64,000 nt of DNA from a virus (Duplodnaviria > Caudoviricetes), in IMG/VR virus record IMGVR_UViG_3300048606_000120, positions 32,001 to 96,000 of that record, one strand, 5' to 3'. This document shows positions 8,990 through 18,379 of this stretch, one piece after another. The notes below the pieces were generated by a model. It was not told the DNA's origin. It ran no database searches and saw only the letters and a program-made list of their open reading frames with translations. The position numbers were made by a program, and so were the translations under genes. Positions within the stretch are counted from its first letter, which is position 1. Each line of letters opens with the position of its first letter.

Positions 8990-9234
8990 AGCAGCTCGTC
9001 CAAATTGATCCCGAGACCTATGAGCGACAGGCAGTCATTTGCACGTTCGCTCTCGAGGATGAGCGGGTTGTGGTGTCGCCAGCAGAGGCTCTGGAGATGC
9101 GGCCGCATCTCGCGAAGCTCGCCTACGGCGGCGAGATCCTGACTCCTGAAGATGGGGCTGCGTACTACGACGTCCTCGAGAAGGCGGTACGCGGCAGCTA
9201 TTTCTTCGTCGAGAAAGTTCCGAGCGAGGAATGA
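8986..9234 (+). CDS. Small acidic protein, candidate immunity protein for the MuF kinase domain
   Basis: 82 aa, ATGA overlap with the MuF stop; function inferred from position only. Confidence 0.55.
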   Translation: MKQLVQIDPETYERQAVICTFALEDERVVVSPAEALEMRPHLAKLAYGGEILTPEDGAAYYDVLEKAVRGSYFFVEKVPSEE

Positions 9235-9253
9235 GCCACGATAGCGTTCACCG

Positions 9254-9559
9254 ATGGCTGGTGAACTGCTTGAGCTCGTAACGGCTGATCCTCGTCTCCG
9301 CTACCGCATCGCCGCTCGTGTGCATCAGGTGATCTCCGACTCGTTCGCAGCTGACAAGTCGCGAGTCACAGCGTCCGAGGCAAAGCGCCGATTCGGAATC
9401 GTCGAGCAGCTGATCCGCGAGTTGCGCGCCGACTACGGTTGGGCATTCGAGCGCATCCTCGACGCAATGCCGATCGCGTTGCGCTGCAAGCTCGACGGGG
9501 CGCCGTGGACTCCTGATCTTCGGCGCAACTCGTGGGCTGGCAGCGGGCAAAAGTTGTAA
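9254..9559 (+). CDS. Hypothetical protein
   Basis: ORF in operon orientation; its stop codon lies inside palindrome copy 1. Confidence 0.65.
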   Translation: MAGELLELVTADPRLRYRIAARVHQVISDSFAADKSRVTASEAKRRFGIVEQLIRELRADYGWAFERILDAMPIALRCKLDGAPWTPDLRRNSWAGSGQKL

Positions 9560-9575
9560 CCTCGAGGTTACAACT
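9552..9575. repeat. Dispersed palindrome copy 1 (AGTTGTAACCTCGAGGTTACAACT, perfect 24 bp)
   Basis: Read directly from the sequence. Confidence 0.97.
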
Positions 9576-9639
9576 CGGGTGAGCCACTTATTGCGATCGC
9601 AGAGCTGGCTAGCGTCTACTTTCTCGAAGTCAAAGGAGA

Positions 9640-10410
9640 TTGGGGATGCCGACCATTTCAGAACAAATCGCCGCTGCCAATGCCAAGCTCGATGCGCTCG
9701 TGACGGCAGCGGTTCCGGCGCCGGTCGAGCAGACCGTCAAGCTGACCATGCCCGAGGCTCTGGTGAGCATCACTGACGAGCTCGCGAAGGACACGGTTAC
9801 CAAAGAGCGAGCAGCCTACCTGCGATCAGTGTTGGGCGAGCTGGCCAAGAACTTCGAAGCTACGTCGTTCATTGAACTCAAAGTTCTGAATGACCCCGAC
9901 TTGATCAAGCCAGTCACCGAGAAGATCGGCACCATTCAGTCGCTCACCGTGGCGAGCCCGGATAGCGGATTTGCATCGAACCTGACGGGCGTCGCCAAAG
10001 CGCAGCTGATTCAGAAGTTGCTCCTCGACAAGGTCGAGCTGAAGAAGTCAGCGCTCACCGACAAGTTGGAGCAGATCAAGTCGATGTTCGCTCTCAACGA
10101 CGCTGATTTGAACGACTCCTATGACCTGCGCTGGAAGATTGGCGACTTGATCGGTGTGCTGCAGAACGCGATCAAGCTCGAGACGATGATCAACGGAGTT
10201 CCTGCACCTGCAGCGACCACGACCACAGCCACAGGAGCGCCTCAGGCGCCTGCGTTCGGAGGCGGAGTCGGAGCGGGCGGCGGAATGACCAAGGCAGCGG
10301 CAGAGCCGCTGTGGCCGCGGGACATGGCCAGCGCCAAGTTCGATCCGGTCAAGAAGGCATACGAGCCTGAGCCGACGGCGTGGGGAAACGACTCGGCGCC
10401 GAAGAGCTGA
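9640..10410 (+). CDS. Head-module hypothetical protein, possibly scaffold or internal protein
   Basis: Helical, Ala/Leu/Lys-rich, located between MuF and the protease; GGAG upstream. Confidence 0.65.
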   Translation: MGMPTISEQIAAANAKLDALVTAAVPAPVEQTVKLTMPEALVSITDELAKDTVTKERAAYLRSVLGELAKNFEATSFIELKVLNDPDLIKPVTEKIGTIQSLTVASPDSGFASNLTGVAKAQLIQKLLLDKVELKKSALTDKLEQIKSMFALNDADLNDSYDLRWKIGDLIGVLQNAIKLETMINGVPAPAATTTTATGAPQAPAFGGGVGAGGGMTKAAAEPLWPRDMASAKFDPVKKAYEPEPTAWGNDSAPKS

Positions 10411-10419
10411 GGTAGATCG

Positions 10420-11157
10420 GTGGAAGAGACAGCCGAGGAGAGCTACAGGGCTGCCATTGCGGCTGCCGTGGCTCTTGAAAAAGACGGGGCCGATACGGTT
10501 GTTATCGAGGCTGGAGATTCCTTCGATCTCGACGCTGCGATCACGAAAGCAGAGCAAGTCGGCCCGTCTTGGTTGATCGAGATTCCCGTGTTCGGCGCTG
10601 TGCTCGAGCATCTCGCGAAGCTTGCTGGAGTGTCTGTCTTCCACGTCGATGATGTGCCAGGCAGCTTGTTCGCAACGACTGAGAAGCTCGCTCCGGGGAA
10701 GAGTTCTGTAATCGTCGCTGACGGCGTGATCGGCGTGCCCGCGCCCGAGAAAGCTCCCGACCAGCAAGATGAACCGAGTGGCCCTCGAGTGACAAAGCTG
10801 CTGAAGACAGCAGAGGAGCGGTTTGTTCTCGGAATCGTGCTCGTGCCTGAAGAGCGTGACTCGCAAGGCGACATCTACTCGCACGATGAGGTGCGGAAGG
10901 CCGCGCACGAGTACATGGAGAAGGCTGGTCATTTGGGGAAGCAGCACTCGGAGATCGTTACTGGGAAGCTGAAGATCCTCGAGACATTCGTTGCGCCCGC
11001 TGAGTTCACGCAAGACGAAGTCACGATCGCAAAGGGAACTTGGTTGATGGGCATCCGAGTCGTCGACGACGAGCTGTGGAGCGACGTGAAGAAGGGTGCG
11101 TTCACAGGCTTCTCGATCGGCGGCGCTGCTCACCGGGCTCCCGAGCAGGCGGCGTGA
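10420..11157 (+). CDS. XkdF-like prohead serine protease
   Basis: VLGIVLVPEERDSQGD, AAHEYM, KQH, GTWLMG, LWSDVKKGAFTGFSIGG. Confidence 0.9.
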   Translation: MEETAEESYRAAIAAAVALEKDGADTVVIEAGDSFDLDAAITKAEQVGPSWLIEIPVFGAVLEHLAKLAGVSVFHVDDVPGSLFATTEKLAPGKSSVIVADGVIGVPAPEKAPDQQDEPSGPRVTKLLKTAEERFVLGIVLVPEERDSQGDIYSHDEVRKAAHEYMEKAGHLGKQHSEIVTGKLKILETFVAPAEFTQDEVTIAKGTWLMGIRVVDDELWSDVKKGAFTGFSIGGAAHRAPEQAA

Positions 11158-11218
11158 TCATTGCGGTGCTGATCTTGTGTCGGTTACGTTGGGTTCGTTG
11201 TCGAGAGGGTTTTGGCCA

Positions 11219-12040
11219 ATGAAAGAGCGAACTCGCGTTCGAAAGTCAGCTGAGGCTGAAACGAAGCCGACGAACCGCTTGACCGGGATCACGGTCAACG
11301 AAGTTTCGATCGTCGACTTAGCAGCCAATCAGAAAAAGTTCTTGGTCGTGAAGGATGCTGCGCCGCCAGCGGCGCCGCCTCCTCCTGCTCCCGCAACTCC
11401 ACCGCCTGCGCCGGCTCCATCGCTGACGATCTCTCCAGAGCTCAAGGCAAAGGTCACTGGTGTGTTGAAGACCGCTCAAGAGAAGATCGCCGTCTTGGCA
11501 AAGGCTCTCGAGGTGGCTGTCGAAACCCCGGGTGCGCCAGCTCCAAAAGAGCTGATGGATGCGCTCGCAGGGATCAGCGGGTTGTTCGCCGCGACTCCGG
11601 CTGCTCCAGCCCCGCCAGCTCCGCCAGGCCCACCCACTCCCCCGGTTCAGAAGGCAGGCAAGAAGATCTCTGCATCTCGCCTCGAACAGCTGCTGACTGC
11701 GAAGACTGCGCTGGACGCGATCTTGGCAGAGGTTGCCGATCCGGAGACTGAGACAGAACCTGAGCCGGAGAAGACCGAGAAGAACGAGCCTGCAGCGCTG
11801 CCAGTCGAGCCTGCGGTTCCTCCGGTCACCACGGATCTTACTGAGATTCGAACCTCGATCGAGCAGCTCGCGGGCATGGTCGGAAAGTTGACTCTCGTTT
11901 TCGAGGGACAGAATCAGCGCATCGATTCACTCGCGAAGGCGCGTGGCCAGAGTCAGCAAGTGGAGATCGACAAGACAACTCCACAGCAGCGCGTCGTGTG
12001 GGACATGGACATGGCCAAGCCGCCGAAGACTGTGCAGTAG
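11219..12040 (+). CDS. Probable capsid scaffolding protein
   Basis: ATG at 11219; N-terminal EVSIVDLAAN motif, Pro-rich linkers and coiled-coil; directly upstream of the capsid gene. Confidence 0.7.
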   Translation: MKERTRVRKSAEAETKPTNRLTGITVNEVSIVDLAANQKKFLVVKDAAPPAAPPPPAPATPPPAPAPSLTISPELKAKVTGVLKTAQEKIAVLAKALEVAVETPGAPAPKELMDALAGISGLFAATPAAPAPPAPPGPPTPPVQKAGKKISASRLEQLLTAKTALDAILAEVADPETETEPEPEKTEKNEPAALPVEPAVPPVTTDLTEIRTSIEQLAGMVGKLTLVFEGQNQRIDSLAKARGQSQQVEIDKTTPQQRVVWDMDMAKPPKTVQ

Positions 12041-12096
12041 AAGTCGAGCGGGGAAACGTTTTCCAACCGTATTTTGGGTGAGTGGGAGAGAAACCT

Positions 12097-13029
12097 GTGG
12101 AAGAGAACAACACGATCCTGGCAAAGGCCGATCTGGCACTAAGTGACCTGACCAGCGCAGGGTTGCTTGTTCCGGCTCAGGCCCAAAAGTTCATTCGGAT
12201 TCTGATCGACGAAGCGAAGGTGATGAGCCTCGCCACGGTCACTCCGATGAAGAGCCACACGCAGGAGATCAACAAGATCAAGTTCGGGTCGCGCATCCTG
12301 CGAGCGGCAGCTGAAAACACGGCGCTCGCAGAAGCGGATCGTGCGAAGCCGACTACCACCAAGGTGTCGCTCGTCGCGAAGCCCTTCAAGGCTCAGGTGA
12401 ACTTGAGCTATGAGGTGCTCGAGGATTCGATCGAGCAGGACACTCTCAAGCAGACGATCATGCAGCTGATGGGAGAGGCCATCGCACGCGACATCGACGA
12501 GGTTCTCGTTCGCGGCGACACGGCATCCTCCGACGTCTTCCTCGCCCAGTTCGACGGCATCCTCAAGCAGTCGACGTCCAACGTGGTGAACGCCGGCACG
12601 GTAGCGCTGACCAAGTCAGTGCTACGCGACATGCTAAAGACGATGCCGAGCCCGTTCCTGCGCGATAAGTCGCGGCTGCGCTACCTGACGTCGGTCGATG
12701 CCGAGATCGACTACCGCGACAGCTTGTCCAATCGCATGACCAATACGGGCGACAAGGCACTCGATGGTGCGGCGCCTGTCGGCTACTCGGGCATTCCTCT
12801 GATCGATGTCGCGCTCTTCCCCGAGAACCTCGGCAGCGGCACGAACGAGACCGACATCATCCTGACCGATCCGAAAAACATCAACGTCGGTATCTGGCGT
12901 CAGATTCAGCTGGAGACTGACAAGGACATCCAAGCGGGCAAGGTCATCATCGTCGCCTCGCTCCGGATGGACATGAAATACATCGAGGAAACCGCGACTG
13001 TGAAAGCAGTCGGGATCAAGGTCTCCTGA
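12097..13029 (+). CDS. Major capsid protein (HK97 fold, XkdG-like)
   Basis: GLLVPAQAQKFIR, LSYEVLEDSIE, GDT...FDGILK, ILTDPKNI; GTG start after GGAG (the ORF could extend to 12082). Confidence 0.92.
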   Translation: MEENNTILAKADLALSDLTSAGLLVPAQAQKFIRILIDEAKVMSLATVTPMKSHTQEINKIKFGSRILRAAAENTALAEADRAKPTTTKVSLVAKPFKAQVNLSYEVLEDSIEQDTLKQTIMQLMGEAIARDIDEVLVRGDTASSDVFLAQFDGILKQSTSNVVNAGTVALTKSVLRDMLKTMPSPFLRDKSRLRYLTSVDAEIDYRDSLSNRMTNTGDKALDGAAPVGYSGIPLIDVALFPENLGSGTNETDIILTDPKNINVGIWRQIQLETDKDIQAGKVIIVASLRMDMKYIEETATVKAVGIKVS

Positions 13030-13072
13030 GGTACGAGCGGGCGTCTAAACAGAATTTCGAAGGAGACTCGTC

Positions 13073-13408
13073 ATGGCAATCGGCGCGATCACTGTCGTGA
13101 GCAAGACCCAGGTGACTGGGCCGTTGAACGTCGACCAGATCTCGTTTGCGGGAGACGGCGCGTATCCGGCGAACGGCACGCCTGGATTCCAGGCGCTCGT
13201 GCGCGCTGCGCTCGGCAAGGGCAACGTGACCATTTTGTACCTCATCCCGCAGGACTGCGGTGGGTACATCCCGGTCTATGACAACGTCGCTGACAAGCTC
13301 AAGGTGTATTACAGCGACAACAACAATGCGGCGGATGGCCCCATGATCGAGAATGCCACCGCGAACTTGAGCGGCCAAACGTTCAAGATCACCGTTCTCT
13401 CGAAGTGA
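13073..13408 (+). CDS. Putative head decoration or structural protein
   Basis: AAGGAG ribosome-binding site; directly follows the capsid gene; beta-rich. Confidence 0.65.
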   Translation: MAIGAITVVSKTQVTGPLNVDQISFAGDGAYPANGTPGFQALVRAALGKGNVTILYLIPQDCGGYIPVYDNVADKLKVYYSDNNNAADGPMIENATANLSGQTFKITVLSK

Positions 13409-13449
13409 ACTAAGCCCGCGAGGCGCGGGCAGAACGTGGAGCTCCGGAC

Positions 13450-13713
13450 ATGGCAGCCATCAGCAGAACTTTCGCAGAGGGCGGCGCGAACTTGGTTCCA
13501 GGCGCCGGAACTCCCAGCATCACAGATGCGCTCCGTGACATCGCAGACGACCTCTCGGGAGTCAGAGGAGCGACTGTCACGGCTCCGGCGCTGGCGGCGT
13601 TCACCGACCCGCCAGCGGCCGCCGAGATGGCTTTGCTGCGCACGCTCGTGAATGAGCTGCGCGCGGCGCAGGTCACCCGATTCGGAACGACCCTCCTCAC
13701 GACGAAGGTCTGA
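13450..13713 (+). CDS. Hypothetical structural protein
   Basis: ORF in the head operon, Ala/Thr-rich. Confidence 0.6.
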   Translation: MAAISRTFAEGGANLVPGAGTPSITDALRDIADDLSGVRGATVTAPALAAFTDPPAAAEMALLRTLVNELRAAQVTRFGTTLLTTKV

Positions 13714-13720
13714 ATAAGCC

Positions 13721-14209
13721 ATGCTGGTACGACTGAAGCCGTTCAACGAGCGGAAGCGGCACTTGACTCGAACCTACATGTTCGATGGGGTTCGCTTCTT
13801 CGTCGATCGTGGATGGTACGACGTGGCGGACGCGTTCGCTGATCGGCTTCGCGACTTGCGCCAGGACTACCACGATCCCGACTCGCCGCTTTTGTTCGAC
13901 GTGTGCACTCCGAAGCAGGCGGAGGCTCTCGAGCAAGCCGAGGTCGCTGCCGAAGTGAAGGCGACTGCGCGTCGTCCTGCGACTGTGGTGACGACCCGAT
14001 CGCAGGAGGAGCGCAAGCAGCAGCAGTCTTCTGAATCGGGAGACATGACCTCGGCAGACGTGACGTCGCCGTCGCCAGCTCCGGCGATGATCGACCCGGC
14101 TGACGAAGACGTCGACGCCGAGGAAGAGCAAGGCCGAGTGGTCGAGGTCGGGCGCGTCAGCAAATCGAGCCCGCCGTCGTCAGGGCCCAAAGAACGCCGC
14201 AAGAAGTGA
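13721..14209 (+). CDS. Hypothetical protein
   Basis: ORF in operon; folded N-terminal half and disordered C-terminal half. Confidence 0.65.
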   Translation: MLVRLKPFNERKRHLTRTYMFDGVRFFVDRGWYDVADAFADRLRDLRQDYHDPDSPLLFDVCTPKQAEALEQAEVAAEVKATARRPATVVTTRSQEERKQQQSSESGDMTSADVTSPSPAPAMIDPADEDVDAEEEQGRVVEVGRVSKSSPPSSGPKERRKK

Positions 14210-14598
14210 GCGGCGGTCTTCGTGGCGGGCTGCTGCCTGATGAGGATGCCGTCGCTTATCCGAGCACGCGCCGAGAGGTCGTGATCCCGGCTGCCCCGCC
14301 GCCGCCGTCCAAGGCAGTTGGCGACGTCGGGAGGCATCTCCAGGCCGTCAAGGATTTGCGCGAGGTGCCGCGCGAGCTCGAAGGCCGCTTGGCCGCCCGG
14401 TTCAATGACGGCACGTTCCAAGCTCGCTGGGATGAGATCGTCATCGAGGCCGAAGCAGCAGGCGCAGACGGCAACCAGGCCCTAGGCATTGCGGCGCGCG
14501 AGCTCATGATCGATTTCGTCGAGTTGCTTCGGGCGGTGCTGTTCGAGCGCGAGAAGGCTGCGTTCGAGCAGATGCGGAACGGCGGCCAGACGCGCTAG
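14206..14598 (+). CDS. Hypothetical protein
   Basis: GTGA overlap with the previous gene. Confidence 0.55.
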   Translation: MSGGLRGGLLPDEDAVAYPSTRREVVIPAAPPPPSKAVGDVGRHLQAVKDLREVPRELEGRLAARFNDGTFQARWDEIVIEAEAAGADGNQALGIAARELMIDFVELLRAVLFEREKAAFEQMRNGGQTR

Positions 14599-14608
14599 GC
14601 TGCGGATC

Positions 14609-15343
14609 ATGTACGCCAGCGTGCAGGAGCTTCGCGACGAGGGGGTGACTGAAGCTCAAGCGAGCGACGAGCAGCTGCTCGCTCGAATCGCTCGCAGCAC
14701 GGCGCTGATCGATCGCTGGACTGGCAGGTGGTTCGAGCCTCGAGCCAAGACACTCCTGCTCGACGGATCGGGCGGTGCGATCCTGCAGCTCGGGCCTCCC
14801 ATCATCTCGATCACTGAGGTGCGGCTTCTGGGCCAGGGATCGCTGCTCATCACGAGTTCAGACGAGGTGGTCGACCTCGACCAAGTGCGCATCTACAACC
14901 GTCACATCACGTCTGGTCTCACCGATCCGGACGATCGTGACGATCCGAAGATCCAGTGGCTCGCGTTCGAGCGTGGGCGCCGCATGCCTGAGATTGCGGC
15001 CATCTCGTATTTCTCGAAGGGAGTGCAGAACATCCAAGTGACGGGCGTGTTCGGCTACACCGATCCGGATCTCGATGATCCCGACAACCTCGAGGGCGTG
15101 ACTCCGACTCTCATCACCTACGCCTGCATGCAGATGGTCGTGGCTGATTTGCCGAAGCTCGGCGACACGGAGTCACGCGACGAACAGGTGATGCGTGGCC
15201 GGATCACCTCGCTGCGCACTCGGGATCAGTCCATCACGTGGTCGGCGCTCAACTCAAAGCAGCAGGGAGCGTGGACAGGTTCGCCGAACGTCGACAACAT
15301 CATCGCCAGCTATCGCAGGCCTCCAACACTCGGAGCGGTTTGA
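14609..15343 (+). CDS. Head-tail adaptor/connector protein
   Basis: MYASVQELR...IDRWTGRWF...LLLDGSG, NIQVTGVFGY, P..I..AC; position after the capsid gene. Confidence 0.75.
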   Translation: MYASVQELRDEGVTEAQASDEQLLARIARSTALIDRWTGRWFEPRAKTLLLDGSGGAILQLGPPIISITEVRLLGQGSLLITSSDEVVDLDQVRIYNRHITSGLTDPDDRDDPKIQWLAFERGRRMPEIAAISYFSKGVQNIQVTGVFGYTDPDLDDPDNLEGVTPTLITYACMQMVVADLPKLGDTESRDEQVMRGRITSLRTRDQSITWSALNSKQQGAWTGSPNVDNIIASYRRPPTLGAV

Positions 15344-15597
15344 TGGAGATCGAGTTCCACAAGAAGACACTCGGCGATGGCTTTGCCGAGATTCGAGTTG
15401 TGATCCCGCGCCCGTCTAGCGACTCGCCGGACATCTCGGTCACGGGCGAGCTGGCACGCAAGACGTGGATCAAGTTCGTGTTGGCCACGTCAGCTGGCAT
15501 CGCTCACAGCTGCAACTGGCGAGAACTTGCTGTGGCTATCAGCGATTTGTGGGAGAGCGTGATGGTCGCTCTTCAAGAAGAGCAGAAGGGCGACTGA
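15343..15597 (+). CDS. Hypothetical protein
   Basis: TGATG overlap with the adaptor gene. Confidence 0.5.
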   Translation: MEIEFHKKTLGDGFAEIRVVIPRPSSDSPDISVTGELARKTWIKFVLATSAGIAHSCNWRELAVAISDLWESVMVALQEEQKGD

Positions 15598-15598
15598 C

Positions 15599-16135
15599 GT
15601 GCCGCGTGGGCGCCTTATTTTCCCGTTCAACGTCGAGCTCGGCTTGCTCGACACGGCAGCGACCGCGGCTGATCCGGACGGGGCAGGACCACTCGAGTCA
15701 GGCTACGACGACGAGTTCCGCGAACCGGTCATGGTACCGCCTGGCAGTGGCAGTGCTCGGGGGCAAGTACGGCGCGTGGAGACTGTGTTCACGTTCAAGG
15801 CGCAGATCGAAGATGACACGGATGATGCGTTGGAGATGGCCGCAAGCGGCAACAACCCAAACAACACGATCGGGCTGGTCTTCCACTTTCGAGATCTCGA
15901 GGAGGCTGGCGCCGTGCAGGTCTCCTCAGGGAAGGCGATCATCAAAGCGCCGGGCGCTCGTCTGATCTCGATCAGCAACCCGAGGACGGGGGCGCTAATC
16001 GAGCGATTCGATGCGCCTCCAGGCTATTGGGCGGTGCAGGCGAAGAGCATGGGGTTCGGCATGGGTCCTGAGCGGAACCTGCTGCTGGTAGTCTTCCAGG
16101 AGCGCGACGTGAGCGTGTCGCCGACTGGAGGCTGA
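15599..16135 (+). CDS. Probable head-closure (neck) protein
   Basis: YDDEFREP motif, beta-rich, syntenic position. Confidence 0.6.
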   Translation: MPRGRLIFPFNVELGLLDTAATAADPDGAGPLESGYDDEFREPVMVPPGSGSARGQVRRVETVFTFKAQIEDDTDDALEMAASGNNPNNTIGLVFHFRDLEEAGAVQVSSGKAIIKAPGARLISISNPRTGALIERFDAPPGYWAVQAKSMGFGMGPERNLLLVVFQERDVSVSPTGG

Positions 16136-16296
16136 CCAGTGGCGAAGCGCAGCATCGCTCGCATGGTGGTCGCTGTCGCGCTTCACATGCTGGAGTCGCT
16201 CGCTGAGGATCCAAACGAGGATGCCACTGGGCTCGATGCGTATGACCGCGCGATCAAGGCGGTGCGTGAGCTGCTCGAGAACGTCGAGGAGTCGTC

Positions 16297-16968
16297 ATGA
16301 TCAAAGCAAAGCTCTTTGGCGACTGGTCGAAGGCTGCGGCGATCCTGGGCGACGTTCAGCGGGTGAAGAAGGCGATCAACTGGGCTGTGGTGCAAGAAGC
16401 TCAGCAGGCTCGCCGCGACATCGTCAAGGGCATCACGTCTCAGGCGCCGGGCGGACGGCCGTTCGCGGCTCTCAGCGCGATCACGCTCGCTCTGCGGAAG
16501 GCGAAGGGGTTTGGCGGCCAGAAAGCGCTGATTCGAACTGCAGGTTTACGCAACTCGATCACGGTGAAGCAGGCAGGCCCTGGGAAGGCCTTCGTCGGCG
16601 TGCTGCGAGGAGCGCAGTCGAAGGATGGCCGCGCAATGGTCAACGTCGCTCGCGTGCACGAAGAGGGCGCGACGATCGTGATTCGAGTCACTCCCAAGAT
16701 GCGCAAGTGGCTCATGATGCAGTTGCGCAGAGCTGGATTCGGTGTGAAGAAAACCGGGCGCGACAAGAAGGGCAAGTTCACGAAGGGCAAGTTCAAGTCC
16801 TCGGGGACCGGGCAGATCTCCAAAGGTGTGATGGTCATCCGGATCGTTGCTCGCCCGTTCATCCGACCGGTCATCGAGAAGATCAACTCGCAGCCAGACG
16901 CGCTGCGCCGCCGCCTTGCCGGACGCATCTCCAAGAAGCTCGGGATGACGCTCGGCGACGGCACGTGA
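16297..16968 (+). CDS. Neck / virion morphogenesis (tail completion) protein
   Basis: Basic protein with ALIRTAGLRNSI, ARVHEEG, IVARPFIRP. Confidence 0.75.
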   Translation: MIKAKLFGDWSKAAAILGDVQRVKKAINWAVVQEAQQARRDIVKGITSQAPGGRPFAALSAITLALRKAKGFGGQKALIRTAGLRNSITVKQAGPGKAFVGVLRGAQSKDGRAMVNVARVHEEGATIVIRVTPKMRKWLMMQLRRAGFGVKKTGRDKKGKFTKGKFKSSGTGQISKGVMVIRIVARPFIRPVIEKINSQPDALRRRLAGRISKKLGMTLGDGT

Positions 16969-17007
16969 AAACTGCGGACTGACGCTCGGCTAGCGTAGCG
17001 TTCTCGT

Positions 17008-17994
17008 GTGGCTGTTCCGACCATCACATCGGTCACTCCGGCGTTCGGGCATACCGGAGGACAAACCCTCGTCGAGATCCTGGGCAGTGGCTTTCAGACG
17101 TGGGTGATCCCGCCTCCCTCGAGCGAACCGAGCAGCGATCCGTGGCCCACGGTCGAAGTGCTGTTTGGCGGCTCTCAAGGGACTGATGTAGCGGTTGTGA
17201 CGAGCAGCCGGCTGTTCGTGCGAGCTCCGTCATCGCCGCTGGCGGGGATCAAGCCGGCATTCGGCGAAGGGGCCGTCGATCTGGTCGTGCGCAACATCGA
17301 CAGTGATGGAGTTTTGATCGGAGCCGAAACGGTTACACAGCTTGCTGGTTATGCGTATAGGCGAGCGCAGCTGGCAACTGAATCTGACATGGCTCGCTTG
17401 GTCCGGCAGCTGATCATCGAGTTGCGCAAGCAAGTCATCCCAAACGTGTCGATCACCAATCATTCGGACTTCGACATTGACACAACGGATCTCGCGAACA
17501 TCGTCGATGTGGCGCAGTTGCCGGCTCTCGTGATCTTCGGGCCGCAGCTGCAGGAGAATCGCTTCTACAGCGTGAATGGCATGGTCAACGTTTCTCGAGC
17601 TGGGTTCGAGAGCGATCGTCGGCGAGCGCCTGACACTGACGACTTGGCCTTCACGTTCCTCGGCATCTCCGATCTCAAGGGCGAAGCTCTCAGCTTGCAG
17701 AGCCTCGTGAGGCAGTTCTTCAAAACGAATCGTTGGCTGCAACTGCAGCGCGATCCGAACGATGCATCTCTCGGCTTCGTCAAGTACGACATGCAGCTGG
17801 ACTCGGGAGCTGGTGGAATTGGCTACTCGCCGCCGGCAGACCAGAAGTCGAACCTCAGATCTTTTTCCGGTAGCTTCGTCGTGCGTGGGTTCGACCACGA
17901 AGATCTGGTCGGGTTCGCCGGAAGCGACGCTGTGGGCCGCCTGCATCAGGTAACCGAAGATCCTTCGATCACCTCGCACAACAAGGACGGGTGA
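17008..17994 (+). CDS. IPT/TIG-domain protein, probable tail terminator
   Basis: PTITSVTPAFGHTGGQTLVEILGSGF (TIG signature); lies upstream of the sheath gene. Confidence 0.7.
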   Translation: MAVPTITSVTPAFGHTGGQTLVEILGSGFQTWVIPPPSSEPSSDPWPTVEVLFGGSQGTDVAVVTSSRLFVRAPSSPLAGIKPAFGEGAVDLVVRNIDSDGVLIGAETVTQLAGYAYRRAQLATESDMARLVRQLIIELRKQVIPNVSITNHSDFDIDTTDLANIVDVAQLPALVIFGPQLQENRFYSVNGMVNVSRAGFESDRRRAPDTDDLAFTFLGISDLKGEALSLQSLVRQFFKTNRWLQLQRDPNDASLGFVKYDMQLDSGAGGIGYSPPADQKSNLRSFSGSFVVRGFDHEDLVGFAGSDAVGRLHQVTEDPSITSHNKDG

Positions 17995-17995
17995 T

Positions 17996-18376
17996 GTGGC
18001 AGCTACCCTGAAGAACAACTCGAAGCAGGCCGTGGTCCTCGTGCTCGATCACCCGGCGTTCGCGAACAAGGAGAGCGGCTGGAGTAGGGGTGTGGGTCGC
18101 TTCGCCGCGTCGACCGAGGAAGGGCACCGTGTCGTTTCAGAGGTGCGGCGCTCCTACGCCGGATCGCTGACCATTCTTCCAGGCGAGTCAGTCGAAGGCC
18201 TCCACGAAGCGATCGAGCATTGCTCGCAAGTGCCGGCGCTGCGCGCTGCCAAGGTGCTGACGCTGACGATTCAGCCGGACGGCGAGCAACCGCCTCCGCT
18301 CAAGTCCGCCCTTGTCGAACGTCAGCCACTTGGCGACGTCGAGATCCAGAAGGCCGATTCGAAGAAGAAGGGTTGA
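17996..18376 (+). CDS. Hypothetical tail-module protein
   Basis: Tightly packed ORF before the sheath gene. Confidence 0.6.
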   Translation: MAATLKNNSKQAVVLVLDHPAFANKESGWSRGVGRFAASTEEGHRVVSEVRRSYAGSLTILPGESVEGLHEAIEHCSQVPALRAAKVLTLTIQPDGEQPPPLKSALVERQPLGDVEIQKADSKKKG

Positions 18377-18379
18377 TCC

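Noticed and set aside
13414-13430. Hairpin GCCCGCG-AGG-CGCGGGC as an intrinsic terminator
   Set aside because: There is no U-tract; it may be a pause or stability element but cannot be called.
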